DNA of 46,500 bases from an uncultured Alistipes sp. (GTDB taxonomy: Bacteria; Bacteroidota; Bacteroidia; Bacteroidales; Rikenellaceae): the NCBI GenBank assembly GCA_947178455.1, contig CAMWYI010000001.1, forward strand, positions 1 through 46,500. Direction: 5' to 3'. Made by a program: the position numbers and the translations under genes. The notes beneath the pieces were generated by a model. The model saw only the letters and a program-made list of their open reading frames with translations, was not told the DNA's origin and did not search any database. Each line of letters opens with the position of its first letter. The first letter of the stretch is position 1. This document shows, piece by piece, positions 10,215-20,114 of this stretch.

Positions 10215-10239
10215 CGCACGACAAACACAAAGGCGAAAG

Positions 10240-10270
10240 GGAGCATACGGGTGACCGTGTGCTCCTTTTT
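10240..10270 (+). terminator. Rho-independent terminator after hsp20
   Basis: GGAGCATACGG-GTGA-CCGTGTGCTCC (one G-U pair) followed by TTTTT. Confidence 0.8.
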
Positions 10271-10336
10271 CGCGTCGCCGGATTTTGAATTTTTCGCCGC
10301 TTTTCGTATTTTGCGCCGTACAAAACGTATACTTCT

Positions 10337-11191
10337 ATGAAAAAATGGATTCTTCTTACTATCTTGTTCACAATACTCACAACCATGACTGAAGCGCAGG
10401 AAAAAATCAAGCAGACCGCAGGCCGAGACCAACTCGGCGCATTCGCACCGGAATTCGCCCGCCTGAACGACGATGTGCTGTTCGGCGAAGTATGGAACCG
10501 CACGCACGAACTCTCGCTGCGCGACCGTTCGCTCGTAACGGTCGTGGCCCTGATGTCGCAGGGGCTGACCGATTCGTCGTTCAAATACCACTTGGAATCG
10601 GCCCGCAAGAACGGCATCACCCGCGCGGAAATCGCCGAAATTCTGACCCATGCGGCTTTCTATGCCGGCTGGCCGAAAGCGTGGGCGGCGTTCCGCTTGG
10701 CCAAAGAGGTCTGGCAGGACGAACCGGTCGCAAGCACGAACAGCGGCGCGGCGGCTGACGACAAGGCCGCAGCTCGTGCAGCGTTCGAGCGCGAAATGAT
10801 TTTTCCCGTCGGCCAACCGAACGATGCCTATGCCCGCTACTTCATCGGACAATCCTACATCGCGCCGGTTTCGACCGAGCAAGTCAAAATTTTCAACGTC
10901 ACGTTCGAGCCGGGCTGCCGCAACAACTGGCATGTGCATCACGCGACGAAAGGCGGCGGCCAAATGCTGGTATGCGTGGCCGGTCGCGGCTGGTATCAAG
11001 AGTGGGGAAAGCCCGCCCGAGCGTTGCGTGCGGGCGACGTGGTGAACATTCCGGCCGAAGTGAAGCACTGGCACGGCGCTACGGCGGAGAGCTGGTTCGC
11101 CCATTTGGCGGTCTATATCGACGGCGAAAACCCCTGTAAGGAGTGGCTCGAAGCGGGCGACGATGCGCACTACAACGCGCTACAAGAATAA
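10337..11191 (+). CDS. Carboxymuconolactone decarboxylase-family domain fused to a cupin domain
   Basis: LFGEVW..LSLRDRSLVTV..HAAFYAGWP (CMD) and FEPGCRNNWHVH..GDVVNIPAEVKHWHGA (cupin). Confidence 0.88.
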   Translation: MKKWILLTILFTILTTMTEAQEKIKQTAGRDQLGAFAPEFARLNDDVLFGEVWNRTHELSLRDRSLVTVVALMSQGLTDSSFKYHLESARKNGITRAEIAEILTHAAFYAGWPKAWAAFRLAKEVWQDEPVASTNSGAAADDKAAARAAFEREMIFPVGQPNDAYARYFIGQSYIAPVSTEQVKIFNVTFEPGCRNNWHVHHATKGGGQMLVCVAGRGWYQEWGKPARALRAGDVVNIPAEVKHWHGATAESWFAHLAVYIDGENPCKEWLEAGDDAHYNALQE

Positions 11192-11203
11192 ACCGAATTC
11201 TTA

Positions 11204-13882
11204 TTAAATTTCCGGAGCCGACGGTCGGTCGGATTCGGATTCGGATTCGGATTCAGATTCGGGGTCGGATGAAACCGGCTCCGATTTTTCGTTTTTCAGG
11301 GGCTCTTCGACTCGTTCGGCCTCGGCGGGACGGCCGGATTCGTCGGTCGTTTCGGTCGAGCGGGGTTGGCCGGTCTCGGCGGATTCTTCGGTTCGGTCGG
11401 TCGACGCTGTTTCCACAGCCGGTACAGCCTGCGGACGGGGACGCGGCTGTCCGACCTCGTAACCCAAGTCGTGCATCCACTCGGCGGTCTGCTGGTCGAC
11501 CGGCTCGTTGCGGTCGAACCACTGGCCCGACGCAATCAACTGCTTTTTATAGGCCTCGATGCGCTGCATGATAGGAAAATCGGGCTGCGCGAGCCGCAGA
11601 CGGGCCTCCCGCTCCGACGGCCGGAGCGTACGGTCGAAGACGTCCCGACGGCTCGGACGGCGCGCCCCCTCCCAATGGAACCCTTTGAGGTAAAGCGGCT
11701 GGTCGTCGGGCACTTGGTAGTCGGGGAAAACGGGATAGAACTGGTAATCGGGATTCGCCCGCCACGTCATCTGCACCAACTCCCGCTCCTCGAAGTAGAA
11801 CGAAATATCGCCGCTCGTGATGACGCCCATCGTCACCACGACGGGCGGTTCGCCGTCGGTCATGTAGTAAATCGTCTGGGCATTGCCGACCACATCGTTG
11901 CGGTAAATCCGATTGTCCCGGAAATAGGCGGTCATCGTCTTGCCCGTAATCTGATTGTAATAGGTCGTGTCGATTTCGCTGGACATCAGCGGATTGCCGA
12001 AGAACTCCGCCCGTGCTATCTGTTGCAGTTCGGTGAAGACCGTCACGCTGTCCGACGTAATCTGGTTGTTCTCATTCCAGAACACGGGGTCGATGTAGAG
12101 GTGCAGGGTCGAATCGGTGCTGAATCCCACGATGGAATCGCACACGGCCTGAAAATCGGTGCGATAAATCCGCACGTCACGATACCCTTTTATTAAACGG
12201 TAGATGCTGTCCGACGGGATTTGGGCCGTCGTATCGACCGCCTGCTGCCCCACTGCCCGCTGGACCGCCAGCAGCGAATCGAGCATCCGGCCGGAAAGCG
12301 AATCGGTCTCGAACGCAATCCGCGCAGCCAACGAATCGAGCCGAGCCAACACGGCCGAATCGACCCTGCCGTAGACCTTGCCCTTGCGCGCGGCACGGGC
12401 GCGGGCGGCGTTGAGTTTCAGGCGCGCTTTTTCGCGACGGACTTCGGCCTTGCGCGCTTCGCGGGCTTTCTCCGCATCCAATTTCAGCGCGGTTTTCGCT
12501 TTGCGACGGGCTACGGCCGTGTCCAATTTGGCCTTTTTCACAGCGGCCGCCGCCGCTTTGCGCGCGGCCCGCTCCCGAAGCTGCTGCGCTTTGAGGTAAG
12601 CCTTGCGGGCGTCGCCCGTCAAGGTATCGAGCGGGTCGACGACCCGTGTCGTATCGGCCGCAACGGCCAATGAATCGGCTTGCAGTTCTTCGGGCACCTG
12701 CGCATCGGACACGAGGGGCTCGCGTCCGGAAGAAATATCCTCCGTCGGCTCCTCGCCGGAATCGTCATCGGAACGCCCGTCCGGCACCGGCTGCGCCCCA
12801 GCGGCCAACGAATCGCTCCGCAACCGCACAAGCGAATCGGCGACCGCCGCCGCACGTGCCTTGCGAGCTTCGGCCAAGCGGTTGACGGTATAAAGGAACA
12901 TCGTGTCGGAACGCATGTAAATCGAATCGCCCTGCGAAGTGTCGTAACTGATGACCGACGGCCGACGCGTGAGAAAAGCATTGCCGGACTCGCGCCAATA
13001 CTCGCCGAAATCGCCGAACGCCAGTATCTTGTGCTCGGTATCGTCGATTTGCAGGTCGCGGCGCAGGACGACATGGCCCTGCGGCCGGAAATAATCGAGG
13101 CTGTCGCTCCACAACTCCTGCCGTTCGGTCAGCAGGTAGCCGTTGCGCGTAACGAAATAGGCCGTGTCGGCCTTGCTGTACGAGCCGCGATCGGCATAGA
13201 GGTACTCTCCGTCGCGGTCCCAGATGTTGGTGCCGTCGAAGAAAAACGCATTGTCGGTCGCGAAGTCGTAGAGCACCGAATCGCCTTTGAGGGCATACTC
13301 CTCGTTGCGCATCTGCACGTGGTCGACGCTGGCGACCAGCTTGTCGTCGCCGAAGTAGTAGCCGCGCTGCGATTCGAGCCGATTCTCGCCGTTGGTCAGG
13401 ATGCCGCCGCCCGAAAACTCGCCGATGTTGGTGCGGGTGTTGTAGACGAACGAATAGGTATAGAGCGTGGCGTCGCCGTCGACCACCTTGATGAGGTCGG
13501 AATAGACGCGCGCCTCGTTGCGGTCGCCGTCGTAATCGGCCCGGTCGCCGTAGACGAAAGTCGTGTTTTTGTTGATGAGCACGTTGCCGAAGAACTCCCA
13601 GTGGCGCTCGGAGTACTGCACCGCGCTGTCGCAGGCAATCACGGCGCCGTTGTGCTGGGCGGCGAAATTACCGACGAGGAAAATCACCGAATCGCCCGGC
13701 GCAACGGGGCCGGCGTTGTCGGCTTTCCAGTTGATGCGGCGGCGTTCGGTGCGGGGAGCCTCCGTTGTCGAGACCGCAGCCGACGGTTCGGCCTGCGGCT
13801 GGGGCGGCACCTGCCGCGACCCGCTGCCGAGCACGACACCGGCGGCGAACAGCACGATGACTATGGAAACGACTCTGCGCAC
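11204..13882 (-). CDS. OstA/LptA-like (organic solvent tolerance-like) exported beta-jellyroll protein
   Basis: Signal-like N-terminus from GTG 13882. OstA-like motifs GNFAAQHNGAVIACDSA and FFGNVLIN, plus C-terminal LKGFHW..RP. Located downstream of surA as in other Bacteroidetes. Confidence 0.75.
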   Translation of the reverse strand: MRRVVSIVIVLFAAGVVLGSGSRQVPPQPQAEPSAAVSTTEAPRTERRRINWKADNAGPVAPGDSVIFLVGNFAAQHNGAVIACDSAVQYSERHWEFFGNVLINKNTTFVYGDRADYDGDRNEARVYSDLIKVVDGDATLYTYSFVYNTRTNIGEFSGGGILTNGENRLESQRGYYFGDDKLVASVDHVQMRNEEYALKGDSVLYDFATDNAFFFDGTNIWDRDGEYLYADRGSYSKADTAYFVTRNGYLLTERQELWSDSLDYFRPQGHVVLRRDLQIDDTEHKILAFGDFGEYWRESGNAFLTRRPSVISYDTSQGDSIYMRSDTMFLYTVNRLAEARKARAAAVADSLVRLRSDSLAAGAQPVPDGRSDDDSGEEPTEDISSGREPLVSDAQVPEELQADSLAVAADTTRVVDPLDTLTGDARKAYLKAQQLRERAARKAAAAAVKKAKLDTAVARRKAKTALKLDAEKAREARKAEVRREKARLKLNAARARAARKGKVYGRVDSAVLARLDSLAARIAFETDSLSGRMLDSLLAVQRAVGQQAVDTTAQIPSDSIYRLIKGYRDVRIYRTDFQAVCDSIVGFSTDSTLHLYIDPVFWNENNQITSDSVTVFTELQQIARAEFFGNPLMSSEIDTTYYNQITGKTMTAYFRDNRIYRNDVVGNAQTIYYMTDGEPPVVVTMGVITSGDISFYFEERELVQMTWRANPDYQFYPVFPDYQVPDDQPLYLKGFHWEGARRPSRRDVFDRTLRPSEREARLRLAQPDFPIMQRIEAYKKQLIASGQWFDRNEPVDQQTAEWMHDLGYEVGQPRPRPQAVPAVETASTDRTEESAETGQPRSTETTDESGRPAEAERVEEPLKNEKSEPVSSDPESESESESESDRPSAPEI
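11229..11258. repeat. Hexamer tandem repeat (TCGGAT)x4 + TCAGAT encoding a Ser-Glu tract
   Basis: Directly visible; in frame in the C-terminal tail of the OstA-like CDS. Confidence 0.85.
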
Positions 13883-13892
13883 CGCCGACGGA

Positions 13893-15314
13893 CTATTTGA
13901 CCCAATGTTTGTTCTCGAACTCGCCGTTGCGGAACTCGGGGTCGATGAAGACATACATGCCGTCGATTTTCTTCGAGAGCCAGTCGGTGAACGAGCGCAT
14001 CTGCTTGTCCTGCAAGGCCATCTCCTCGATGCGCAGGTAATCGGAGTCGAGCGATGCGGTATGCGTGGGAATAATCTCGACCAGCTTGACGATTTTGCCT
14101 AATTGGTTGCCGATCAGGTCTTTGGTCAGGAACGAAGCGGAAATCCCGCCGGGTTTCAACGACAGCAGCGCATTGTAGTCGTCCAGTGCCTGAAACTGGG
14201 CGAAATCCTCGCGCAGGAAGCGCGTGACGGTCATTTTGGCATCAGCCGCATAGCGTTCCAAGAAATCGTGGTTCGACACGATACCGCCGTTCATCTTCGA
14301 CGCGGCGTCGTCCGAGAACTTCATGGCCGCCTGCTCGAAAGTCATCGAATCGGCGCGAATCAACCCGCCGATGCTGTCCAACTCGCGGGCGACGGATGCC
14401 AGCTCGTCGGTCGTATAGATAGGCAACAACAGAATGTGGCGGAAATGGTACAGGTCGCCCCGCTTGTCGATGAGCTGGATGATGTGGAACCCGAACTGCG
14501 ACTCGACGACCTCCGAAATCTGGCCCGGCTTCATCGCTTCGAGCGCATTGGCGAAGGCTTGGTCGAGCGAATTGAGCGTCGTAGGTTCCATTTCGCCGCC
14601 GCGCAGCGCCGTACCGTCCTGCGAATACATGCGGGCGAGGGTCTCGAAACGCGCCTTGCCCGTGATGATGCGTTCGCGCATGTCGAGCAGCTGCTCGCGC
14701 GTGCGCTGTTTCGCCTCGGTCATCGACTTCGGGAAGCGGGTAATCTGTGCGTAGACGTACTGGTCGGCGACCAACGGCAGACTGTCGCGCGGAATCGACT
14801 TATAGAACCGCTCGACCTCGCCGGGCGTAACCGTGATTTTGCCGATTACCTCGTTGCGCATCGACGCGGCATAGGCCTGCTCCTCGTAACGCTGGCGCAG
14901 GTTGCTGCGGATGTTGAACACGGGCATGTGATGCTTCGATTCGAGGTTGCGAATCGAACCCTCCTCGGCGATCATCTGCTGAATCTGCTCCTCGACCCGC
15001 GACGCGATGTCGCCCGAATTGATTTTCACCGAGTCGATTTGCGCCTGATTGAACAGCAGTTTCTGCGTCATCATGGCTTCGAGCGCCTCGTTCATCGGGT
15101 CGCGGTCGGAGGTGTAGCCCTCCATCCGCCGCTGGGCCACCAGCGCCCGCGCATAGTCGCTCACCTCGGAGTAGAGAATCGACGAACCGCCCACGACGGC
15201 GACGATTCGGTCGAGCATCACCGGCCGTTTCTGGGCGAAAAGCCCCGCGCAACACACCGACGCAATCAGAAAGGCCGAAAACGTTTTTTTCATTTGCATG
15301 TCATTTTTTTTCAT
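13893..15314 (-). CDS. surA: SurA-like periplasmic chaperone / peptidyl-prolyl isomerase
   Basis: Signal peptide, LDRIVAVVG SurA N-terminus, parvulin motifs FETLARMYSQD..GGE..PGQISEVVESQFGFHIIQL. Confidence 0.85.
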   Translation of the reverse strand: MKKNDMQMKKTFSAFLIASVCCAGLFAQKRPVMLDRIVAVVGGSSILYSEVSDYARALVAQRRMEGYTSDRDPMNEALEAMMTQKLLFNQAQIDSVKINSGDIASRVEEQIQQMIAEEGSIRNLESKHHMPVFNIRSNLRQRYEEQAYAASMRNEVIGKITVTPGEVERFYKSIPRDSLPLVADQYVYAQITRFPKSMTEAKQRTREQLLDMRERIITGKARFETLARMYSQDGTALRGGEMEPTTLNSLDQAFANALEAMKPGQISEVVESQFGFHIIQLIDKRGDLYHFRHILLLPIYTTDELASVARELDSIGGLIRADSMTFEQAAMKFSDDAASKMNGGIVSNHDFLERYAADAKMTVTRFLREDFAQFQALDDYNALLSLKPGGISASFLTKDLIGNQLGKIVKLVEIIPTHTASLDSDYLRIEEMALQDKQMRSFTDWLSKKIDGMYVFIDPEFRNGEFENKHWVK

Positions 15315-16185
15315 TCGTCTCGCCGACGAAGATACGCACCTTGTTCTCCTCCAAGCCGCGCGTCATCAGCTCGTCTTCGTGGCGGCGAATCACCTCGCCC
15401 TGCCGCTGATTAAAAAGAATCCGGCGAATAATCGCCCGCACCCGCTCCAACGGAATGGGGTCGCCCTCGCGCCGCACGGCGTCGATTCGGAAACAATACT
15501 GCGACCGGTCGTCGCGCATCTCCTGCACGGCAGCACCGGCGGCCAGCATCGAACGGTGATTCTGCGACCGCACGGCCGGCAGATAACTCAAAAATTCGGA
15601 GAAATCGACCCAGCGGCTCCGCAAATCGGTCGTCGCCAAATCGTTCTTTTCGCACAAGTCCCAAAACTCCTGCTGGTCTTCGGGTTTGGTCGATTTCATC
15701 AGTTTTTTCAGCTTGGCGGCCTGCCGGTAACCGTCGCGGAAGCGGACGATGACGCCCTTCACAATCGGCCGGTCGAGCTTGAAATCGCCCTTGTGCGATT
15801 CGTAATAGGCTGCTATCTCGGCATCGGTGAAGACCGTGTCGATGCGGCGGTCGACGTACTGCTGCTCCAACTTGCGAATCAACAGCGTCTGCCGGTACTC
15901 CTCGACCTGCCGGTCGATGTCCGCCTCCGAAGCCGAAAAGAGCACTTCGGCCTCCTGCAATTTGAGCTGTTTGCGCACCCACCGGTCGACGAACACCCGC
16001 ACGAATGCCATGCTGTCGGCCCCTTTCACCCCCGTCGGCACGGCCGACTGCACGTCGGGCACGCGGAGTTTGCTGCTGCCGACTTCCGCCACGATCGAGT
16101 CGCTGGCGAAATAGCGGGGCAACTCCCGACAACCTGCCAACAACAACACTCCCGCGACAACGGCTATTTTTCGATTCCAATTCAT
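15301..16185 (-). CDS. Lipoprotein, PPIase/foldase-associated hypothetical protein
   Basis: Lipobox LLAGC and IVAEVG N-terminal motif; overlaps the surA start. Confidence 0.7.
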   Translation of the reverse strand: MNWNRKIAVVAGVLLLAGCRELPRYFASDSIVAEVGSSKLRVPDVQSAVPTGVKGADSMAFVRVFVDRWVRKQLKLQEAEVLFSASEADIDRQVEEYRQTLLIRKLEQQYVDRRIDTVFTDAEIAAYYESHKGDFKLDRPIVKGVIVRFRDGYRQAAKLKKLMKSTKPEDQQEFWDLCEKNDLATTDLRSRWVDFSEFLSYLPAVRSQNHRSMLAAGAAVQEMRDDRSQYCFRIDAVRREGDPIPLERVRAIIRRILFNQRQGEVIRRHEDELMTRGLEENKVRIFVGETNEKK

Positions 16186-16195
16186 TTCCGAGAGG

Positions 16196-16203
16196 CAAAG
16201 ATA
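16196..16203 (-). promoter_or_regulatory. Bacteroidetes -7 element for the lipoprotein-surA-ostA operon
   Basis: TATCTTTG on the minus strand, 10 nt upstream of the ATG at 16185. Confidence 0.55.
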
Positions 16204-16309
16204 CGCAACATTTTATTAAATAGCTAATAGTGCTAATAACCGTTTTGTTTAGAAAACGGTGCTGACGACCGCCTTATTAAAATAGCTAACGGCGACGACG
16301 ACCGTTATA

Positions 16310-17164
16310 TTATGCGGCCGGTGTTTTCTCCGCCTCTTTCAGCCGACGGAGCGTGCCATGTATCTTGTAGGCCGAGAACACCGCGACGAAGAGCGCGACA
16401 GAATAAATCACGGCATAGAGCGTCGGGTTGCCGACCAACTCGTTCAACCGCACATCGCCGCCGACCGTCACCAACAACAGATAAGCGGCCGCATTGTTGA
16501 TTGCGTGGAGCAGCATCGACGCCCAAAGCGAACCGGTCGCCAAGCACAACCACCCCAAAATCAATCCGATGAACAGCGCGTTGACCACCATCGTCGGCAC
16601 GATGTGCAGCACGGCGAAAAAGAGTGCCGAACCTATCCAAGCGACCCAAACGCCGTACTTGGCCCGCAGCGAACCGAGCACCACGCCCCGACAGATGACC
16701 TCCTCGAACAACGGTGCGAGGCCGACGAGCATCACGACCGTCCAAACGCCGCGCCCCACTTCGGGCTGGGCATCGGGCAGCAGGGCCAGCAGCGGCTCGA
16801 TGACGACATCGACGGCGAACAACAGCACGCAGGCCCACAACAGCAATGCAGGATTCAGGCGAGCGGTCGAAAACGACACGACCCGTTCCGTTCCGCCCCG
16901 TTTGCGGCGGTAGAGCACGATGCCCACCAACCCCAAACTCATGGCCGTGAGATAGACGAGGCAGAGGTAACGGCCCTGCGCATCGGGCGTCATCTCGGCA
17001 CCGCCCCCCTGCACGAAACCGCCGACGAGCGACACCACGAACCCCACCAGCACCTGCATGCCGAGCAAAATGCCCAACATGGCGCACAAGTCGCCGAAAG
17101 TCGGAAAGGCGCGGCGCACCGGAGCGGGTGCGGGTGCGGGTGCGGGAAAATTTTTTTCTTCCAT
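16310..17164 (-). CDS. CPBP (CAAX/Abi) family intramembrane metalloprotease
   Basis: APLFEEVICRG (EExxxR), FAVLH and HAINN motifs; multiple TMs; ATG 17164 preferred. Confidence 0.9.
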   Translation of the reverse strand: MEEKNFPAPAPAPAPVRRAFPTFGDLCAMLGILLGMQVLVGFVVSLVGGFVQGGGAEMTPDAQGRYLCLVYLTAMSLGLVGIVLYRRKRGGTERVVSFSTARLNPALLLWACVLLFAVDVVIEPLLALLPDAQPEVGRGVWTVVMLVGLAPLFEEVICRGVVLGSLRAKYGVWVAWIGSALFFAVLHIVPTMVVNALFIGLILGWLCLATGSLWASMLLHAINNAAAYLLLVTVGGDVRLNELVGNPTLYAVIYSVALFVAVFSAYKIHGTLRRLKEAEKTPAA

Positions 17165-17275
17165 GATACAGAACGGTTTTCGACCGTAAAGATAGGCAAA
17201 ATTCGGCAACCGTTGGGGAGTTTCGCAGATTTTTCGTAATTTTGTCCGATTATAAACCCGTTTTCGGAAACCATC

Positions 17276-18034
17276 ATGGCAAAGGTAATCGCATTAGCCA
17301 ATCAGAAAGGCGGCGTGGGCAAAACCACCACCGCCATCAACCTTGCGGCATCGCTCGCACTATTGGGCAAAAAGGTATTGCTTCTGGACGCCGACCCGCA
17401 GGCCAACGCCACGTCGGGGCTCGGCTTCGACATCGACCTGCCGGGCATCTACGAGTGTCTGACCAGCGAAAAAGACCCCCGCGAGGTGATTCTCGCCAGC
17501 CCCGACATCAAAAACCTGTGGCTCCTGCCCTCGTCCATCGACTTGGTGGCCGCCGACACGGAACTGCCCAAGCTGGAAGACGGGCACCACGTGATGAAAC
17601 GCATCGTCGATGCCGTGCGCGGCGACTACGACTATCTGTTCATCGACTGCTCGCCCTCGCTGGGCTACACGACGGTCAACATCCTCACGGCCGCCGATTC
17701 GGTGCTGATTCCGGTGCAGTGCGAATACTTGGCCCTCGAAGGGCTGTCCAAGCTGTTGAGCACGATCCGCAAGGTGAAGAGCGCGCTCAACCCGTCGCTC
17801 GAAATCGAAGGCTTCCTGCTGACGATGTACATGCGCAACCGGCTCAACAACCAAGTGGTGACGGAGGTGCGCGAACACTTCGGCGAACTGACCTACGAGA
17901 CCGTCATCCAGCGCAACATCCGACTGGGCGAAGCCCCCTCGCACGGCAAACCCGTCATGCTCTACGACGCACTGGCCATCGGTTCGGAGAACTATCTGAA
18001 CTTGGCCCGCGAATTTTTGAAGAAAAACAAGTAA
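17276..18034 (+). CDS. parA: Chromosome partitioning ATPase ParA/Soj
   Basis: [10 protein letters not shown] deviant Walker A; [15 protein letters not shown] and [11 protein letters not shown] motifs. Confidence 0.96.
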   Translation: MAKVIALANQKGGVGKTTTAINLAASLALLGKKVLLLDADPQANATSGLGFDIDLPGIYECLTSEKDPREVILASPDIKNLWLLPSSIDLVAADTELPKLEDGHHVMKRIVDAVRGDYDYLFIDCSPSLGYTTVNILTAADSVLIPVQCEYLALEGLSKLLSTIRKVKSALNPSLEIEGFLLTMYMRNRLNNQVVTEVREHFGELTYETVIQRNIRLGEAPSHGKPVMLYDALAIGSENYLNLAREFLKKNK

Positions 18035-18044
18035 CACCGACGAT

Positions 18045-18911
18045 ATGAAACAACCGAAAGGGCTCGGTCGCGGATTGGATGCCATTTTCGGCGCCGATGC
18101 CGCCGACCTCGACGCCAAACTCAAGCCCATGAGCCGCATGGCCGAAATCGCCATCGCCGACATCGTGCCCAACCCGACGCAGCCGCGTACGCAGTTCGAC
18201 GAAGAAGCGCTGGACGAACTGGCCGATTCGATTCGGCAGCTGGGCGTCATCCAGCCCGTGACCGTGCGCCGAAGCAACAACGGCAAGTATATCATCATCA
18301 GCGGCGAACGCCGCTGGCGGGCCGCGCAGCGCGCCGACCTGAAAACCCTGCCGGCCTACATCCGCGAGGTCGACGACGAGAACCTGCATGCCATGGCGCT
18401 GGTGGAAAACATCCAGCGGCAGGACCTCAACGCGATCGAAATCGCGCTGGGCATGCAGCGGCTCATCGACGAGTGCCACCTGACGCAGGACGCACTGTCG
18501 GAAAAGGTGGGCAAGAAACGTTCGTCCGTCTCGAACTACCTGCGTCTGCTGAAACTACCCGACGAGGTGCAGCTCGCGTTGAAAGAGGGCCTCATCTCGA
18601 TGGGCCACGCCAAAGCCATCGCCGGTGCACCCGCCGACCAGCAGGTGCGTCTGCTGAAAAAGTGCATCAAAAAGGCGCTGTCGGTGCGTCAAATCGAGGA
18701 TTTGGCCCGCACGCTGACCGACCGACCGGCGCAGGCGGCGGTCGAAGAGGAAGAGTATCCCGAAAGCTATTCGCGGCTGGTCGAACGGCTGGAACCCTAT
18801 TTTTCGCAAAATATCTCGATCAAACGGGCCAAGAACGGCGGCGGCCGCATCGTCATCGAATTTGCGGACGACACGGACATCGAGCGGTTCATCGAACGTT
18901 TTTCCAAATAG
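18045..18911 (+). CDS. parB: Chromosome partitioning protein ParB/Spo0J
   Basis: GLGRGLDA, NPTQPR, GERRWRA and ENIQRQDL motifs plus an HTH. Confidence 0.96.
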   Translation: MKQPKGLGRGLDAIFGADAADLDAKLKPMSRMAEIAIADIVPNPTQPRTQFDEEALDELADSIRQLGVIQPVTVRRSNNGKYIIISGERRWRAAQRADLKTLPAYIREVDDENLHAMALVENIQRQDLNAIEIALGMQRLIDECHLTQDALSEKVGKKRSSVSNYLRLLKLPDEVQLALKEGLISMGHAKAIAGAPADQQVRLLKKCIKKALSVRQIEDLARTLTDRPAQAAVEEEEYPESYSRLVERLEPYFSQNISIKRAKNGGGRIVIEFADDTDIERFIERFSK

Positions 18912-18925
18912 CGGAAACAGGGCGC

Positions 18926-20110
18926 ATGCGGTCGTTCCGAGTCATCCTGCTCTCCGCCCTGCTCTTCGGCGCGTTCGCAGCCGAAGCGCAGCAAGCCGTG
19001 CCCCCCGTGCAGTTGCGTCGGGGCGGCCGCACGGTGGTACGCGGCGGCATGCTCGAAAAACCGGACACGCTGACGACCGAAAAACGCGATTCGCTGCAAA
19101 TAGCGGCGTTCGTGCAAGCGCTGGATTCGCTGCAACGCAGCGACTTCGCGGCCGATTCGCTCGAACTGGCCGCCCTGCGCACGGACGACATCCGCACGCT
19201 CGACTCGGCGACGCTGGCGCGGCTGACGGCCGAAAGAACCCCCGCCGAATCGACGCGGAAACCGCTCTTAAAAAAGGGATGGTTCATGAACGACTCGATG
19301 TCGCTCTCCAAAGTGTGCTGGCTCTCGACCGTGATGCCCGGCTACGGACAAGTCTACAACCGGCAATACTGGAAACTGCCCATTCTCTACGGCGCGCTGG
19401 GCACGGGACTGGGGCTGTTCATCCACGAAAACAAGACCTACAAGCCGCTGAAACGCCAATACGACGCGATTACCGACCTGAGCACCGTCCGCACGCCCGA
19501 ACTCAACGCCCTGCAAACCCGCATGATTCGGAGCAACACGCGGCGGCAGCTCTACTTGGGGCTGACGGTGGCTTCGTACGTCTACTTCATCGGCGACGCG
19601 GCGGTGAGCTACAAGACCAACGACGTGTCGAGCGTCAAGAAAGCCACGACGCTGGCCTGCATCTTTCCGGGTGCGGGACAAATCTACAACCGCAGCTACT
19701 GGAAGGTGCCGTTCGTCGTGGGCGGGTTCGCGGCCATGATTTACTGCATCGACTGGAACAATCGCGGCTACCAACGTTTCAAAAAAGCCTATGCGCTGCT
19801 GGCCGACTACAACCTGCATCCCGAAAACTACCCCAACGGCCCGACCGACGAGTTCCACGGACGCTATTCGGCCGATTTCCTCCGCAACCTGCGCAACAAC
19901 AACCGCCGCAACCGCGACCTGTGCATCATCCTCACCGGCGCGCTCTACATCCTGCAAATCGTCGATGCCCACGTCGACGCCCACTTGAAAGACTACGATA
20001 TTTCCGACGACCTCTCGATGAATTTGGAGCCGTTGGTCGATTATACCTATGTGCCGACCCTGCGAGGCAACCGCCCCGTATTCGGATTCAATTTAAGCCT
20101 CAATTTCTGA
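18926..20110 (+). CDS. DUF5683-like membrane protein with two tandem copies of the domain
   Basis: Two PGxGQxYNRxYWKxP motifs; C-terminal DAHVDAHLKDYDISDDLS; usual position after parB; ATG 18926. Confidence 0.75.
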   Translation: MRSFRVILLSALLFGAFAAEAQQAVPPVQLRRGGRTVVRGGMLEKPDTLTTEKRDSLQIAAFVQALDSLQRSDFAADSLELAALRTDDIRTLDSATLARLTAERTPAESTRKPLLKKGWFMNDSMSLSKVCWLSTVMPGYGQVYNRQYWKLPILYGALGTGLGLFIHENKTYKPLKRQYDAITDLSTVRTPELNALQTRMIRSNTRRQLYLGLTVASYVYFIGDAAVSYKTNDVSSVKKATTLACIFPGAGQIYNRSYWKVPFVVGGFAAMIYCIDWNNRGYQRFKKAYALLADYNLHPENYPNGPTDEFHGRYSADFLRNLRNNNRRNRDLCIILTGALYILQIVDAHVDAHLKDYDISDDLSMNLEPLVDYTYVPTLRGNRPVFGFNLSLNF

Positions 20111-20114
20111 CTCG

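Noticed and set aside
11229-11258. Hexamer repeats here and (GCGGGT)n at ~17124-17146 as phase-variation or CRISPR signals
   Set aside because: Unit length is a multiple of 3, in frame within low-complexity protein tails, with no spacers. No CRISPR array, tRNA or rRNA was seen in the window.
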